From the NCBI GenBank assembly GCA_965247795.1, contig OZ252033.1, forward strand, positions 786,486 through 818,485: a stretch of 32,000 bases of DNA. The letters run 5' to 3'. The stretch's first letter is position 1; each line of letters opens with the position of its first letter. This document shows positions 30,645 to 32,000 of this stretch, piece after piece. Made by a program: the position numbers and the translations under genes. The DNA comes from Nitrospira sp. GTDB taxonomy: Bacteria; Nitrospirota; Nitrospiria; Nitrospirales; Nitrospiraceae. The notes beneath the pieces were generated by a model. That model had not been told where the DNA came from, ran no database searches, and was given only the letters and a program-made list of their open reading frames with translations.

Positions 30645-32000
30645 CTACGCTGCTCGCCAATCGCGTGAGAGCAACAGCACCATCGGCGGCAAGCCCACAA
30701 GCACGATGAGCAGCGCGGACGGAGCTGCCAGTTGGTAGTATTCTTCACTCGCTTCCAGCCAGACACGGACCGCAAGTGTGTCAAACCCCACCGGTCGCAG
30801 GAGTAGCGTTGCCGGGAGTTCCTTCATCGTCTGCAGAAACATCAGGACCCAGGCGACGATAAATCCATTGCGGATGAGTGGCAGTGTCACGCGCCGCCAG
30901 GTTTCCTGAACCCCAAGCCCTAGTGTGCGGCCCACTTCTTCAAGATTGGGCGTGACTTGCTGCAGCGCTGGTTCAAGTGATTGGAGCCCGGCAGGGAGAA
31001 AGTGCAGCACGTAGGCAACGATCAACACGATCGCGGTGCCATAGAAAAACGGCATCAGTTTGAGAAAGAGGACCAATACGGCGAGTGCCGCCACTGGTCC
31101 CGGAAGCACATAGCCGGCATAGGCGACCTGTAAACAGCCGATACTGAGCCATGTCGGTTTCCGGCTCGCGAGATAGGCCAGCGGGAGGCCAATCAGCACT
31201 CCTGCGGTGGCGGCGAGGGACGACAGCAACGCGCTGTTCCACATAAAACCGAAGAAGCGAGCATCCAGAATCGCTTGAGCCTCAGGGGACAGGCTCCACT
31301 GAATGAGCAGATAAGCTGGGACGCCGAAGGCCGCACCAACGATGGCAGCAAGATACGCAGTGAATACCGCGGTCTTGAGCCATCCACATTGGATTCGTTG
31401 CGGCACGCGGTAGCGCCCCGTTATCTGATAGAACCGGCTCTTGTGGCGGAACCATCGCTCGGCTATTAAGAAAACCAAGGCAAGGACCACCAGCAAGATA
31501 CTGAGGATACTCGCAGCCGTGTTGTCAGACCGTCCGGTTAATTGCTGAAACACCGCGTAGGTCATCGTTTGGTAGCGCAACAGAGAGACGGCGCCGAAAT
31601 CGGATACGACGTACAGTATCACCAGTGCGACACCGGCGACGATGGATGGGCGCAGCAGCGGCAGGGTCACGCGCCACATCGTTTGGATGTGCGAGACGCC
31701 ACACGTACGGGCCATTTCCTCAAACGACACGTTTACACTTAAGAGTGCACTACGAGTGAGAAGATATACAAAGGGAAAGGTGTCGAGCGCCATCACGAGG
31801 GTCGCGCCCCAGAAGCCTTGGGGCGAGAAGATTCTGGCCTGGGGCCCTGCGACCGTCTGCCAGAGGTGCTCGACCGGTCCACCGAATCCCAAGAGATAGT
31901 TATAGACATAGGCCAACACGTAGGTCGGCATGGCCAGCGGCAGCACAAGGGCTATTTCCCAGAGCCAGCGCCCGCGAAAATCGAAGCGCGTTACCATCGA
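30645..32000 (-). CDS. Fused two-domain ABC importer permease, iron(III)-type (FbpB-like); the N-terminus lies outside the window
   Basis: More than 450 aa are visible, with two tandem MetI-like permease modules (two EAA-type loops: EEMARTCGVS... and EEVGRTLGLG...). The frame is open to the window edge, and the first visible residues correspond to an internal region of such permeases. Confidence 0.85.
   Translation of the reverse strand, partial: SMVTRFDFRGRWLWEIALVLPLAMPTYVLAYVYNYLLGFGGPVEHLWQTVAGPQARIFSPQGFWGATLVMALDTFPFVYLLTRSALLSVNVSFEEMARTCGVSHIQTMWRVTLPLLRPSIVAGVALVILYVVSDFGAVSLLRYQTMTYAVFQQLTGRSDNTAASILSILLVVLALVFLIAERWFRHKSRFYQITGRYRVPQRIQCGWLKTAVFTAYLAAIVGAAFGVPAYLLIQWSLSPEAQAILDARFFGFMWNSALLSSLAATAGVLIGLPLAYLASRKPTWLSIGCLQVAYAGYVLPGPVAALAVLVLFLKLMPFFYGTAIVLIVAYVLHFLPAGLQSLEPALQQVTPNLEEVGRTLGLGVQETWRRVTLPLIRNGFIVAWVLMFLQTMKELPATLLLRPVGFDTLAVRVWLEASEEYYQLAAPSALLIVLVGLPPMVLLLSRDWRAA

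Noticed and set aside
1-32000. Search for CRISPR arrays, tRNA, rRNA or other structured RNA genes
   Set aside because: I saw no short-period repeat-spacer arrays, no cloverleaf-like segments and no rRNA-like conserved stretches. The only tandem repeats are the 378-bp coding duplication in ccmI and the 16-bp doublet at 16421-16452.

Overview
High-GC bacterial window with three blocks. (1) nt 1-20562 is a compact ammonia-oxidation island. The + strand carries ccmF (3' part)-ccmG-ccmH-ccmI (System I cytochrome c maturation, three ATGA overlaps; ccmI has a 378-bp in-frame tandem duplication). Next come a decayed Fe-S/FAD oxidoreductase pseudogene and haoA-haoB-cycA-cycB (octaheme hydroxylamine dehydrogenase, HaoB, tetraheme c554, tetraheme cM552). 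A ~3.7 kb scar region follows (MOSC-domain gene, IS3-family remnant, orphan membrane ORF, ISL3-family remnant). The - strand then carries two AmoD/AmoE-like paralogs, copC, a copD-cytochrome c-redoxin fusion, and amoC-amoA-amoB. (2) nt ~20700-21650 holds an IS4/IS5-like transposase remnant abutting a frameshifted HD-GYP gene, which looks like the island boundary. (3) nt 21795-32000 is an iron-uptake-like cluster. It contains a porin-like OMP, a lipoprotein, a periplasmic FMN-binding protein with an SGAT flavinylation motif and a 4-TM His-containing membrane protein. These diverge from a Fur-box-like promoter driving a lipoprotein and the ApbE flavin transferase. tonB-exbD-exbB and a Fe(3+)-type ABC ATPase plus fused permease (runs off the 3' edge) complete the cluster. 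Having amo, hao, ccm and cop in one IS-scarred block, with amoD/E-copCD upstream of amoCAB, is not the betaproteobacterial ammonia-oxidiser layout. It matches what has been described for complete ammonia oxidisers (comammox Nitrospira). Host identity cannot be proven from this window because no nxr or rRNA is present. No rRNA, tRNA or CRISPR array was seen. All family assignments rest on motif reading and my recollection of reference sequences; no database search was run.
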